Source of the DNA: Octopus vulgaris
Taxonomy: Eukaryota
NCBI GenBank assembly: GCA_951406725.2
Contig: OX597828.1
Location: 16,368,001 to 16,432,000 of the forward strand
Direction of reading: 5' to 3'
Length of the DNA: 64,000 nucleotides
The notes beneath the pieces are model-generated. The model saw nothing but the letters and a program-made list of their open reading frames with translations, had not been told where the DNA came from and ran no database searches. The first letter of the stretch is position 1; each line of letters starts with the position of its first letter. Positions 42,631-55,617 of the stretch are shown here, one piece after another. The position numbers were made by a program, and so were the translations under genes.

Positions 42631-43125
42631 CAGTGCTTCTCAACCATTCCCCCCATGGACCCCTTGGTTCTTATTTTACTCAGGTGGACCCTCATAGCCA
42701 TTTAATGTTTCAAAAATTTTATAGAGGGCGTTCAAAAAGTCTCTCCGCATTAAGTATTTTATTGCAAAATAAATATTTATAAAATGGTATGAGACTACAA
42801 AAGAATATATCAGTCTTTACAAGACTTAAAAAAAAAAAAACTTTATAAGAGGTGTTGAAAGTGTCGTCCTTCATTTTCAAAACATAAGTTGACTTCTACA
42901 CATGTTTTGAAATACGTCTTGGAGAAAAAAATCAACTGCGGAGAGACTTCTTGAACACTCTGTATTTTTAGAATTAAATATTATCAGGATTTGTACAAAA
43001 AGATTGTTAAAATATTTTGTGTATAGCAAAAGTATAACCAATTTATAACACATTAATTTTTACCAACAAAATCTTATATGGACCCCATCCCCAAGGGCTA
43101 TATGGGCCACGATTGAGAACCACAG
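42631..43125. mobile_element. hAT (Charlie-like) MITE
   Basis: TIRs cagtgcttctcaacc / gattgagaaccacag; internal atggacccc motifs; 8-bp TSD not preserved. Confidence 0.7.
42724..42962. mobile_element. Tc1/mariner MITE nested in the hAT MITE
   Basis: TIRs gagggcgttcaaaaagtctctccgca / tgcggagagacttcttgaacactctg with flanking TA. Confidence 0.82.
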
Positions 43126-43514
43126 GCCTATTTAACAGCTTAGTTGTTAGGCTGGGTGGGCGGTTGATATATTGGTTCAGTATCTAGTCGAGTGGAACGT
43201 TGGCGGATTGGTTGGTTGGGCGGTTGTTTGGCTGTTAGTTATCGGCCAACCAGATGGCGTTGCCCTTGAATAAATGCTTTGTAGAAAACGTTCGGATTAA
43301 ATGATGACGGTTGGAGGAATCGGATTACCATTTGTCATATTTAGGTTTCATAAGAAATCACTTGAAAACTAACACATATACACAAAAACGTGCACGTTCA
43401 TGTATATATATAAAATAAATAATATATATAATATAAATAATATATAAATACATACATATATACATACATATATGTACATACTTACATATATGTGTATATA
43501 TACATGCATATATG

Positions 43515-43760
43515 AGTACAGGACGTCAAAAAAAAACGTTGATTACAATGAGAAACGAAAACATAGAAACAAAAACATAGATAACGAACTTTATTTCGAA
43601 CAACGAAAGAAAAAGACAAACAGTGAAACGAGACATGCAACATAAAGAATATTCCCCTTCATCAGTTGTCCCTGTTTCATCTACTCCGCGTTACGAAAGC
43701 AAGGACAATATGCGACTTCGTTGAAACAGTCTTTCCCGCAAAGCAAATTAAATAAAATGT
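43515..43760 (-). mobile_element. PLE-like terminal fragment, same family as 58790-59010
   Basis: Shared ccccttc.tcag..gtttcatctactc.cg and aaagcaaat motifs. Confidence 0.55.
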
Positions 43761-43794
<34 letters not shown>

Positions 43795-44037
43795 GAAGAA
43801 AGAGAAAGAGAGAAAGAGAGAGAGACCATTGCCTCTTAAGATTGTAAAGTTTTGAAAAAGAAGCTTTAAATGTTGCCTTATTAAGTAAGAGACTATATGT
43901 GTGTATGTATGTGGAGTGAGTGTATTTGCGTGTGTGGGGGCTCACGCATCTGTGTGTGCATGTGTATGCATAGAATGTATGTATACATGCATATATATAA
44001 GACGGGCTCTTATACACACACTCACACACACACACAT

Positions 44038-44100
<63 letters not shown>

Positions 44101-45284
44101 TGACTCCACCATTATGACTGATGTTCGATGATTTACGTTTTCCTAACTTAGCGGTTCAAGAAAAGGAAGCTATAGAATAAGCACAACACTTAAAATTGAG
44201 GAAGTACTAGGGTCGGTTACTTGACTCGTCTCTTCAAGGCACTGCACCAGCATGGCCGCAATCCAATGACTTGCAAAAGTAGACTGGTTTTTTTAATTTT
44301 GTTTTGTGTCTTTAATATCTACCTCGCTACTAATAAAAACAAAGTCGACTCGGACTGTATTTGAACTCAGAAAGGAGAAAGCGGGCTCTAATTTGTTAGT
44401 GCAAAAGCATTATGTCAATATAATCTATTCTTTTCTTCTATTTTCTCTATCACTCCAAACTCTCCCCTTACTATAAATATCGGTTATAAATATTAGGATC
44501 ATTTGACCTGACCCAGTGACCTTGGTTTAGAAAGACGAAAAATAGAGAATTGATTAAGTTAAAGACAATTAATTTAGAATGCAGGATGGATAATCAATTA
44601 ATTAAACATTTAATTAAATAATTAATTCATAAGCTAAGATTGTTCAAAGAATATGATTGTTCAAGAATGTGTCTAATTAATATGTTATTTTTAGGCGCAA
44701 AATCCGCATATTTTAAAGAACTACGGGAAACGGTGAGGTTTTACGTTCATATATTCCCCAAGAATGTTGGCGATTTAAATTATATGAATTCGCCCCGGTA
44801 GAGGATCGATACTGCATCGCTGACTAGGTTCGAGGCGAGATTAAATGCTTGCTGTTATAGTCGTTGTTGATGTTGAATGTTTAGCGGCAGCTCAGCTCTG
44901 ACTGAGTAGTTCCTATGATCAAAATCCGCCGCCAGTTTAATCAATAGAAAATCTCAACCGGTGAGAGGTTTTCAACAAAAACAACAACTCCGGATCACAC
45001 AACTGGGCGAGGTTTCCAATCTGATGATAACTTCTTCTCACCAGGAACAAAAGAATGGATTATGAGCGCGAACGTATCCTCTTTGACTGTACTGTTAAAA
45101 AAGTGCTCAACCCATCTTTTCGGGAGTAAGTCTTAGGCAAAATTACCCAATATATACATTCTTCACTTGAGGAAGATTTTGTTGCTATTTCTATCAGTTT
45201 GAATGTCTATCTAAAGTGCAATTCGTTGGCTCGTAATTGAAGTAATTGCTTAACTGTTACCGTTGCGTTTGTAGAATATATCAA

Positions 45285-45706
45285 CAGCGGCGAGCTGGCA
45301 GAATCGTTAGCACGCCGGGCGAAATGCTCAGCGGTATTTCGTCTGCCGTTACGTTCTGAGTTCAAATTCCGCCGAGGTCGACTTTGCATTTCATCCTTTC
45401 GGGGTCGATAAATTAAGTACCAGTTGCGCACTGCGGTCGATGTAATCGACTTAATCCGTTTGTCTATCCTTGTTTGTCCCCTCTGTGTTTAGCCCCTTGT
45501 GGGTAATAAAGAAATAGAAATAGGTATTTCGTCTGCCGTTACGTTCTGAGTTCAAATTCCACCGAAGTCGATTTTGCATTTCATCCTTTCGGGGTCGATA
45601 AATTAAGTACCAGTTGCGCACGGGGGTCGATGTAATCGACTTAATCCGTTTCTCTATCCTTGTTTGTCCCCTCTGTGTTTAGTCCCTTGTGGGTAGTAAA
45701 TAAATA
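45285..45706 (+). mobile_element. SINE family B head-to-tail dimer inside one TSD
   Basis: TSD agaatatatcaa at 45273-45284 and 45707-45718; second unit restarts at ggtatttcg (45523). Confidence 0.93.
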
Positions 45707-47422
45707 AGAATATATCAATAGCCGAGGTAATTTCCAAAATTTTAACAAAAATAGGAGTGAATGTATTCTACTGCTTCTTAAATGTCTCAGATACTACAGA
45801 CAATAGCGAAAATTCTTGTGTTAGTAACCGCTATTGAGTCCGAAGTACGTGTGCAGAACGGTCCTTTTATCGCCAGAATATAAGCTTGCTTCTTTTTCTT
45901 TAATGGCACATCAAGTTTGGAGAATTCCTAAGTCATGAGATGATCTGAGATTATCACCCATTCACAAATGACGCTAGTTGTAATTGCCATTTGACAATTA
46001 TGATGCATTGTGTAGTACCAGAGATAATATTTTATTACACCATGAATTTGCTTTGTTTTTTTGTTGTATTTAGTGTTGTCAGTATCTATATACATAAAAC
46101 TGAGAATGTGTGGCTGTCTGTAGGTGTGCATCACTAAAACTCGAGAACTACCCAACGGAGTTCATTCAAATTTATACATACCTTACTTAGAGTCCATGCA
46201 GTGCCAAGGGCCCAAAAAATTTCAAATTCTTGGCTAATGCGAGCCCGGAGCGATCTCTTATCTCTTACACTGTTTCTGTATTACGTGTCAAAAGTGAAAC
46301 AATAACATCTCTGATAATATTTTCACTATTATATGGTTTCAATTTCAATTATACTTTCATCATGTATCTATCTATATATATATATATATTTAAGTATGAA
46401 TATATATATATGTGTGTGTGTATATATATATATATATGTATGTATATTTATGTATATATATGTATGCATATGTATATATATATGTGTGTGTGTGTGTGTA
46501 TACATGTGTACAAAGAAGACTGTCGTATATATATGTATATATTTGTGTGTGTGTGTTTGTACCCCCACCATTGCTTGACAACCGATGTTGCTGTGTTTAC
46601 GTTCCCATAACTGTCGTGTATGCGCACACATGCATATATGCATTCATGCATGATGTCGCAACTCAAATTGCGACGTCACTGGTGCTCAACTGTATCGGCC
46701 TTAGCATTTCCCTTGGATAACACTGGTGGCGTGGAGAGGGAAGGCTGGTATGCATGGGCGACTGCTGGCTTTCCATAATCACCTTGTCCGGAATTGTGAC
46801 TCGGAGGGGAACTTTTTAGGTACAATCCCATGGTCACTCAATTACCAGAAGGAATCTTTACCTTTTTATATAAAACATAAACATACATATACATATACAT
46901 AAATAGATGTCTGTGTATTTGTATATATATGCATATTGGGGTCTGTATATTAGAGTTACCCAAAGTATGGTATATCTAATTCATTATAGTGCCTTGATAA
47001 CCGGAATTACTTTTCCCGTTTATGAATGCAATGTTTCTGTATTATAAAAGCAATTTTCTGGAGTTTCTTCTCGGTTTATGACATCCGCTTATTGTTTATA
47101 ATGAAAACGAATGTTTACCTAAATTTTTTTTCCTCGCAATCAAGTTCCCCGCTTCTGCGATATTTAGGTGAGAATGGATTTCTTTCGGTATTTGGGTTGT
47201 TTTCCTGAAGGGTCTTCTCGCCTGGTGATTTGTGCCGGTTGACTTAAATGCCTTCTTTTCTTGACTTTGCGATCTTCAAACAACAATGGTTTCCTTTCGA
47301 TATTTGGGTTAATCTTATATACATTGAAAAGGGTTTAATATTTTCCATGTGATGACCATTTTCATAAGCTGGTTTCCAATGCCTATAGTTGTCATCACTT
47401 CATTCACCAATTTCGTTATATA

Positions 47423-48717
47423 CGAGGGGCGTTCAATAAGTAATGCCCCTGACCCACTTCCCATAGCAGTAGAGCATTGAAACTTGGCACAGTTATTAGA
47501 CTTTTTCTACATAGGAACCACCCAGAGATACGCATTTCTCCCATTGTTCGTTGCAGCTCTGGAGACCGTTTTTGTAGAAGACCCCCAGCTTGGTCCTCCA
47601 ACTATGACGTTACTTCAGAAATCAAGACTGCATCATCTGGGAAACGCTTTCCTTTCAAAAACAACTTCATGGCTGGGAAGAGGTGAAAATCAGAGGGTGC
47701 AAGGTCAGGAGAGTAGGGGGATGGGGGAGGAGTTCATAGCCGCGCGCCTGTGCTTCTGATCTGGCGACAAGCGAGTTGTGGACCGGAGCGTTGTCCTGCA
47801 GGAGGAGGATGCCATTGCTGATCTTTTCCCGCCTCTTGATTTTGATAAGCTTCTCTTAATTTCCTCAAAAGTGAAGCATAATAGGCTCCTGTAATTGTGG
47901 TACCCTTTTCCAGGAAATCTGTCATCACTACTCCGTCCTGGCCCCAGAAGACTGTGAGTATGACCTTGCCAGCGGAGGGCTGCACCCTTGCCTTCTTTGG
48001 AGGAGGTGAGTCACGGTACTTTCACTGCATTGACTGGGCTTTGGTCTATGGATCATAGTGATGGACCCAGGTTTCATCCTGTGTAATCAGTCTTTTGAAA
48101 AAATTTTGACTCATCTTCTTGGCACATCTCCAAATTCATCCTCGAGCACTCGATGCGTTCTTGCTTCTGGAAAGGTGTGAGCAACCTGGGAATCCATCTG
48201 GCAGACACGTTTTGCATATGCAAATGATCATGAATGATAGTTTCCACAGACCCGGTACTAATCTTGACCTCATGGGCTATCTGGCGAATAGTTATGCGTC
48301 GATCTTCCAAAATGGCAGCCTCAACTTGACGGACAGATGCCTCATCAATGGCAGAAGGGGGGCGACCAGATATGGGAGCTGTTTCCACAGAGTTTCGACC
48401 ATGTTTGAATTCACGATGCCAGCGTTTTACAAGGTCATATGATGGGGCATCATCACCATAAGTTATTTTCATTTCTTCAAAAGTCTCCCGTGGTGTGCGT
48501 CCTTCCAAATACAAAAACCGGATCACTTCTCGACACTCAACAGGCTCCATTTCACACTTGACTCAGTTCAAACACCTGTAAATCAGAAACTACAATTAGT
48601 TCAGAGTTGTAATTTGCCACTTAATCTATAGAGATATAAATAATTGTACATGCAAAATTTCAGCTAGATCAAACAATTGCAAGTGGGTCAGAAGCATTAC
48701 TTATTGAACGTCCCTCG
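47423..48717 (-). mobile_element. Full-length (1295 bp) mariner element, irritans (Hsmar2/Himar1-like) type
   Basis: TIRs cgaggggcgttcaataagtaatgc.cctgacccactt at both ends, TA TSD. Confidence 0.97.
47496..48550 (-). pseudogene. Mariner DD34D-type transposase with frameshifts and a stop
   Basis: MEPVECREVIRFLYL, SARWIPRLL, QDETWVHHYD, LQDNAPVH, YSPDLAPSDFHLF motifs in shifting frames. Confidence 0.95.
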
Positions 48718-50321
48718 TATATATATATATTTATCGGACATCTTCGTAGTTTAGTTGTATGTCGTTTCACAAATCCTGATACTCTGAAGCTGTTTTCCTG
48801 AAATTGTTTCTACTTGTCAATTCAGTAGTAGTACTCTTTTCACTTCTCTATCGTGTAGTCGTATCCTGTTTTACTAAGTTGTTCCATGTTTTTTTTCTAC
48901 AAATGTTTATTTGTTTAGATCTTATTCATTCCATGATTCTGTAGTTTTACTTGTGTCTGCCTGTTTATTGCGTCATTTATATCCTGTTTGCAAATGCAGT
49001 CGTTCTTGTTTACGTTATGCATCTTTACTTTCTATCTGAAGCCTCTAAAAGGGTTTTTGATATATTCGTTGGCTTTTCTATTTTCCCAGTGGTTGACTTC
49101 ACTGTTGTTCATCTATACATATCGTTTTCAGAATCTCTTATCCTGAAGTTGTTTTCGATAAACAATTTATCCATAAATTGTTTCTCATTGATAAATACAG
49201 TTGCCGTTATTTTTCTGCTTCTTTATTCTGTAATTGCATCCTGTTTACAAAATAATGTCACATTTGCTGGAATTGTTTATTTGTTTACTGCTTTATCCAT
49301 CGATTGATTCAGTATTTGTCCTCTACATGCCTGTTGATTACATAATTTATATCCTGTTCTTTTAGAAATGTCATTGTCTGCTTCAGAAGTTATTTTCTAT
49401 CTAGAGTTGCTGAAGATGTTTTTGATGCATTCCTTCGTTGTTCAATTTTGAAGTTGGCGTTTTGTCTCCTTAATATATTGTTATTTTGTACCTGATATCA
49501 CCAGATATGTTTTCGATATATTCTGTGGAGGAATGCATTCTATATCTGATGTCTCTAAATGAGCATTCTTTTTGTTGATTAATTTTTTTTGCTTCCTCTG
49601 TTGGTGCTGGCATTGTTGTGCCTCTATTTCAATATCCGCTGTTCTTGAGTTATTGGATACTTACCCAGCATTGGGTAAGAATTTATTTTTGTGTCGGTCA
49701 TGTGACAGAGCCTCGTTTCTGTTGAGCATGCATATTTGTTGTGTAATTATCTTATATTTTTTCTATGACATCGAGGCGAACTATTTCTATACGAGGCAAC
49801 ATTAAGAGCTACAGTTAAGTTTGTATTCACATTTACAGTTTCTCCCTACAGTTCTAAATGTAGTTTGATAAAGTCATTGAGTTTGGTTTGTAAATACAGC
49901 GTATATTTTATGTCTGGGTTTGATTTTTTACGCTAGTTCCAAATTTTTTAGTTTTTGTTGTACCACTTGCAATATTTCCAATTTTAGCAGTTTTCCCTGA
50001 ACTAACAGGGCTTCGATCAGTTTCAATTTAATTGTATTTAACTGTGGTTCTCAAGTTTCAAAATATAAGGATGTATATGTCTTAGATAGAGTGTTCAATG
50101 ACAAATTAACAAAAGTTAACAATTATTAAAGCCCCCCCCCCAAAAAAAAAAAATTACCCGAGACGCGAATTCAAAATATACTCAATGGAAATGTAACCTA
50201 TCGGCAAAGGATTAAACATTCTCCATAGTTTATTAAAAAAGTGAAAAACCGAAAGACAGTTTCGAACCGAAGATCTGAGTGACTTAAAATTCGAGTAGGC
50301 ACAAAGAAAAAAAAAAATATA

Positions 50322-50483
50322 GGCGCAGGAGTGGCTGTGTGGTAAGTAGCTTGTTTGCCAACCACATGGTTCTGGGTTCAGTCCCACTGCGTGGCACCTT
50401 GGGCAAGTGTCTTCTACTATAGCCTCGGGCCGACCAAAGCCTTCTGAGTGGATTTGGTAGACGGAAACGGAAAGAAGCCCGTC

Positions 50484-50548
<65 letters not shown>

Positions 50549-50775
50549 TGTGTGTGTTTGTGTGTCTGTGTTTGTTCCCCCTAGCATTGCTTGACAACCG
50601 ATGCTGGTGTGTTTAAGTCCCCGTTACTAAGTGGTTCGGCAAAAGAGACCGATAGAATAAGTGCAGGGCTTACAAAAAGAATAAGTCCCGGGGTCGAGTT
50701 GCTCGATTAAAGGCGGTGCTCCAGCATGGCCGCAGTCAAATGACTGAAACAAGTAAAAGAGTAAAAGTGTAAAAG
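50322..50775 (+). mobile_element. SINE family A, full length
   Basis: Consensus match. Confidence 0.95.
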
Positions 50776-50884
50776 GGTATATATATATACTTAAATACAA
50801 ATTCTATTGTATATCAATGTACGGAATAGTCTCTTTCTGTTATGTCGACAAACTGTAAAGCTGTAAGATTTGAATTAAAAAGGA

Positions 50885-51205
50885 GCATTCCGTCCTTTAC
50901 GACGACGAGGGTCCCAGCTGATACAATCAACGGAACAAATTGCTCGTGAGATTAACGAGCAAGTGACTGAGCAATCCAAAGACACGTGTATCCCTAACGT
51001 AGTTCTCAGGGAGATTCAGCGTGAGACAGAGCGTGACAAGGACGGCCCTTTGAGATACAGGTACAACTCATTTTTGCCAGCTGAGCGGACTGAAGCAACG
51101 GGAAATCAAGTGGCTTGCTCAGGGACACAAGGCGTCGCCGGGAATTGAACTCATGACCTTATAATCGTGAGTCGGATGCCCTAACCACTAAGCCACGCGC
51201 CTTTA
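50885..51205 (-). mobile_element. SINE family E
   Basis: Head ggcgcgtggcttagtggttagg...gagttcaattccc; body as 24660-24985. Confidence 0.88.
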
Positions 51206-51336
51206 CACATTTGAATTATACACACATATAAACACACACACACAGACTCACACACACATGAACACACACAGATACACACACATACACCATATAATTATAT
51301 AGGAATATATATATGCAAATGCGTAATATATATATA

Positions 51337-51610
51337 TCACGTGACACGTGACCGACCAGACCATCAGATGTTGTTACACATCGCTGGTCACAATGCGTTC
51401 GCATTGTTTTAGCCTTTGAATGACGCCACGCCGCTGGCTAAGCGAGCAGGCCAACAGACGAAAGAGTGAGAGAAAGAGTACAGCAGGGATCACGCCCTCC
51501 CCTGCCGGAGCATCGTGGAGCTTTTAGGTGTTTTCGCTCAATAAACACTCACAACGCCCGGTCTGGGAATCGAAACCGCGATCCTACGACCGCGATACCG
51601 CTGCCCTAAT
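51337..51610 (-). mobile_element. SINE family D variant with a different 3' tail
   Basis: Head and body match 27770-27920; tail unrelated to 27628-27760. Confidence 0.85.
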
Positions 51611-51629
51611 ATATATGGATTGATGTATA

Positions 51630-52023
51630 CTCTTTACTCTTTTACTTGTTTCAGTCATTTGACTGCGGCCATGCTGGAGCACCGCCTTTAATCGAGCAAC
51701 TCGACCCCGGGACTTATTCTTTGTAAGCCCAGTACTTATTCTATCGGTCTCATTTTGCCGAACCGCTAAGTGACGGGCACATAAACTCACCAGCATCGGT
51801 TGTCAAGCAATGCTAGGGGGACAAACACAGACACACACACACACATATATATACATATATACGACGGGCTTCTTTCAGTTTCCGTCTACCAAATCCACTC
51901 ACAAGTCTTTGGTCGGCCCGAGGCTATAGTAGAAGACACTTGCCCAAGGTGCCCCGCAGTGGTACTGAGCCCGGAACCATGTGGTTGGTAAGCAAGCTAC
52001 TTACCACACAGCCACTCCTGCGC
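51630..52023 (-). mobile_element. SINE family A, full length
   Basis: Consensus match. Confidence 0.95.
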
Positions 52024-52332
52024 GTATATATGCATGTATATTTGAATATGTGTCTGTGTGCGTGTGTATTCTTTCATCTGTTATTGCTATACAGTTTTCA
52101 ATCAACAGACAACAGTCATGACTTAGTATTGTCTTCAGTTGTTTTAAGTCGATCACACCATAATGACCCCCATTATTTATGTTAGGTTGGTAGTTAGTCA
52201 TTATCGTTCTACTTTTAGCCGGTGCTGTGTTAAGTCGCCAATTTGATTCTCCATTGGTCTAATTTTAACCGATGTTATTTTTCTGAACATATGATCACAT
52301 TCGATTCTAAATAAACACACAAAAATACATAT

Positions 52333-52368
<36 letters not shown>

Positions 52369-52373
52369 ACACA

Positions 52374-52421
<48 letters not shown>

Positions 52422-52450
52422 TATATAAATGTATGCATATAAATATATAT

Positions 52451-52940
<490 letters not shown>

Positions 52941-52962
52941 TATGTATATATCTTTAAATGCA

Positions 52963-52993
<31 letters not shown>

Positions 52994-52994
52994 G

Positions 52995-53660
52995 ACGGGA
53001 AGCTTTATGAAAATAGACAAAAGACGAAGGCAGGTGGAAAACAAACGAACAATTGTATTAGTATGGCGCTCAGGAAATATAAATAAAACAAGTCTTTAAC
53101 GTTTCGAGCCTACGCTCTTCAACAGAAAGATACACAGAGAGAAAAAAAAACACAGAAAGAAGGAGAGAAAAAAATGCGTGCAGTAGCTAACGAATCAACA
53201 TGGCGATCTGATTTCGGCCAGAGGTCAAAGATCAAACATGAGACGCGAGAGCGAAATAAGGGGAGATAATAGGGTTGATAATAGGGTTGATAATAGGGTT
53301 GATAATAGGGTTGAAGGACCAGCTAATAGTGCGTAGGAGGGGTCTGGACGTGTGTATGTATAGGGTTGGTGTATGTATTAGTATGTATAAGGGTGTGTGT
53401 GTGTGTGTGTGTGTGTATGAGAGAGTATTAGTGCGTAGGATTGGTCTGGACGTGCGTATGTATAGGGGTTGGTGTATGTATTAGTATGTATTAGTATGTA
53501 TTAGTACGTATTAGTATGTATAAGTGTGTGTGTGTGTGTATGAGAGAGTATAAGTGCGTATGAGGGGTCTGGACGTGTGGAGGTATAGGGTTGGTGTATG
53601 TATTAGTATGTATTAGTATGTATTAGTACGTATTAGTATGTATTAGTTGGTGTATGTATT
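52995..53660 (-). mobile_element. PLE-like non-coding fragment with internal tandem repeats, flanked by (TA)n
   Basis: Contains minimal HHR 53093-53130, (GATAATAGGGTT)4 and three ggtctggacgtg units. Confidence 0.65.
53093..53130 (-). ncRNA. Minimal type I hammerhead-like motif with variant core (CUGUUGA)
   Basis: UCUUU-CUGUUGA-A-GAGC(GUAG)GCUC-GAAA-CG-U-U-AAAGA. Confidence 0.65.
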
Positions 53661-53685
53661 AGTATGGCACATCATATGTGATGTG

Positions 53686-53752
<67 letters not shown>

Positions 53753-53759
53753 TGTATAT

Positions 53760-54065
53760 GTCCTTTTATTTGTATTTGTGTAAACTTCTGTGTTATTTAT
53801 TTCTGTCCTTGTTTTCGTATACATTCGCTGCTTTGTTCCAAGGAACCTAATGCTCTTAGCTTAGTTTTTCCTTGGGTCTGGCCAGATTGGAGCAATCTCT
53901 AGTATAACCAGCTGAAATTGCAAAGATAATCTGGTACTTGACTGAGGAAAGAAAACTCCGAATGACCCGTCCTTTTTTCTTTGTATTGTCTGTCTGGATG
54001 CTTTGTTGTCCCATTTTTGTGTCACCTAACTGTGGACGTTTTGCTTTCTTGTCCCATTTTGTATT
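53760..54065 (+). mobile_element. PLE-like terminal fragment (family of 2028-2141) between (TA)n tracts
   Basis: Similar to reverse complement of 2028-2141. Confidence 0.55.
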
Positions 54066-54211
54066 ATATATATATATATATCCACTCACAAGGCTTTGGT
54101 CGGCCCGAGGCTAGTGTAATGACTGTTGCCCAAGATGGCACACAGTGGGACTGAACCCGGAACCATGTGGTTTGTAAGCAAGATATTTACCACTCAGCCC
54201 CCAAAAAAATA

Positions 54212-54274
<63 letters not shown>

Positions 54275-54908
54275 TATGTATGTATATATGTATGTATGAA
54301 CGTATGCCTGCATGCGTACATGCATGTATGTATTTATGTATGTACATATGTATGTAGGTTTTATAAAACATTGCGCAGTTTCCTTTTCGTATTATACCCA
54401 GCAATAGAAATAACTGCTGAAGGATTAGATATGGTGAATATGGGTTGATATTAGGGCTGTAGCAGGCAAGGGAGGCAACTACAAACATTTCACTTCCTTA
54501 GCCGTTCTCAGTGGAAGTCTAGACATCATTGTTACATGTAGTCTTATAGTAACAAGCTTACTATATGGTAATGTGTATGAAAAATATTGAATGTTGCGAG
54601 GAAATAAGATTAATTGATAATTTAATTATAAGAGGATATTGACTGCATATTTATATAACGATAATAAAAAAAGAGCGTTATTATTATTTTCACTATATTC
54701 AAAGCCATTAATAACCACAGTAGGTTATTAATACGAAAATACAGTGATTAGGAAAACATATAAGATTTGACTAATCGTATTTTTTGGACGACGATTCCTT
54801 GTACCATTCAATATTTCCAGCAAACAGACCTATATACTAAGCTAGTTAGTTACTATAAAATCAATTGTATACATACATGTGCACTTATTATGTATATGTA
54901 TATGTGTA

Positions 54909-54985
<77 letters not shown>

Positions 54986-55029
54986 CATACATATATATGC
55001 ATATATAAACATATACATATATATAGATG

Positions 55030-55076
<47 letters not shown>

Positions 55077-55448
55077 GTATATATATATGTGTGTGTGTGT
55101 ATCTGTATGTATGTATATATGTTCGTAAAGCCGCATAAATGAAAGTTCAAAAAAATCTTTCGTGTTGCATTTATCAAAGTTTGATAAAACTGCATGAAAT
55201 TCTCTTGCATAATGAGTCGTTTATGTACATATGCAGCTAAAATAACATCACACAGTCACATACACACGCACACCACACGCACAGCACACACACATTCAAA
55301 CACTATGCATGTATATTTCTCGACTTTGTACATCCTTTCACATATATACATGTATTACTTTGTTGTCTGTGAAATATCAACACCTTCGGTGCTTCAAAAG
55401 TTTCTTTATAACACACACACACACACGCACACAGACAGACAGACAGAC

Positions 55449-55510
<62 letters not shown>

Positions 55511-55587
55511 ATGTGTTCATTTATATAAGATATGAGGGGTTTAGTTCACTGGTGATCTAAACGAGTAGATACGTTGAGTAAGTGCAA

Positions 55588-55617
55588 TAATCCTAATAAC
55601 CCTAACCCTAACCCTAA
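55588..55617 (-). repeat. Short interstitial telomeric repeat (TTAGGG)3 plus degenerate units
   Basis: ccctaa at 55600, 55606, 55612, preceded by taatcctaataa. Confidence 0.8.

Noticed and set aside
48730-50130. AT-rich stretch (with 46960-47410) resembling a decayed retroelement ORF1
   Set aside because: No diagnostic motif recognisable, so it is not called as a feature
53267-53312. (GATAATAGGGTT)4 as telomeric repeat
   Set aside because: 12-bp unit inside a PLE-like fragment, not TTAGGG tandem
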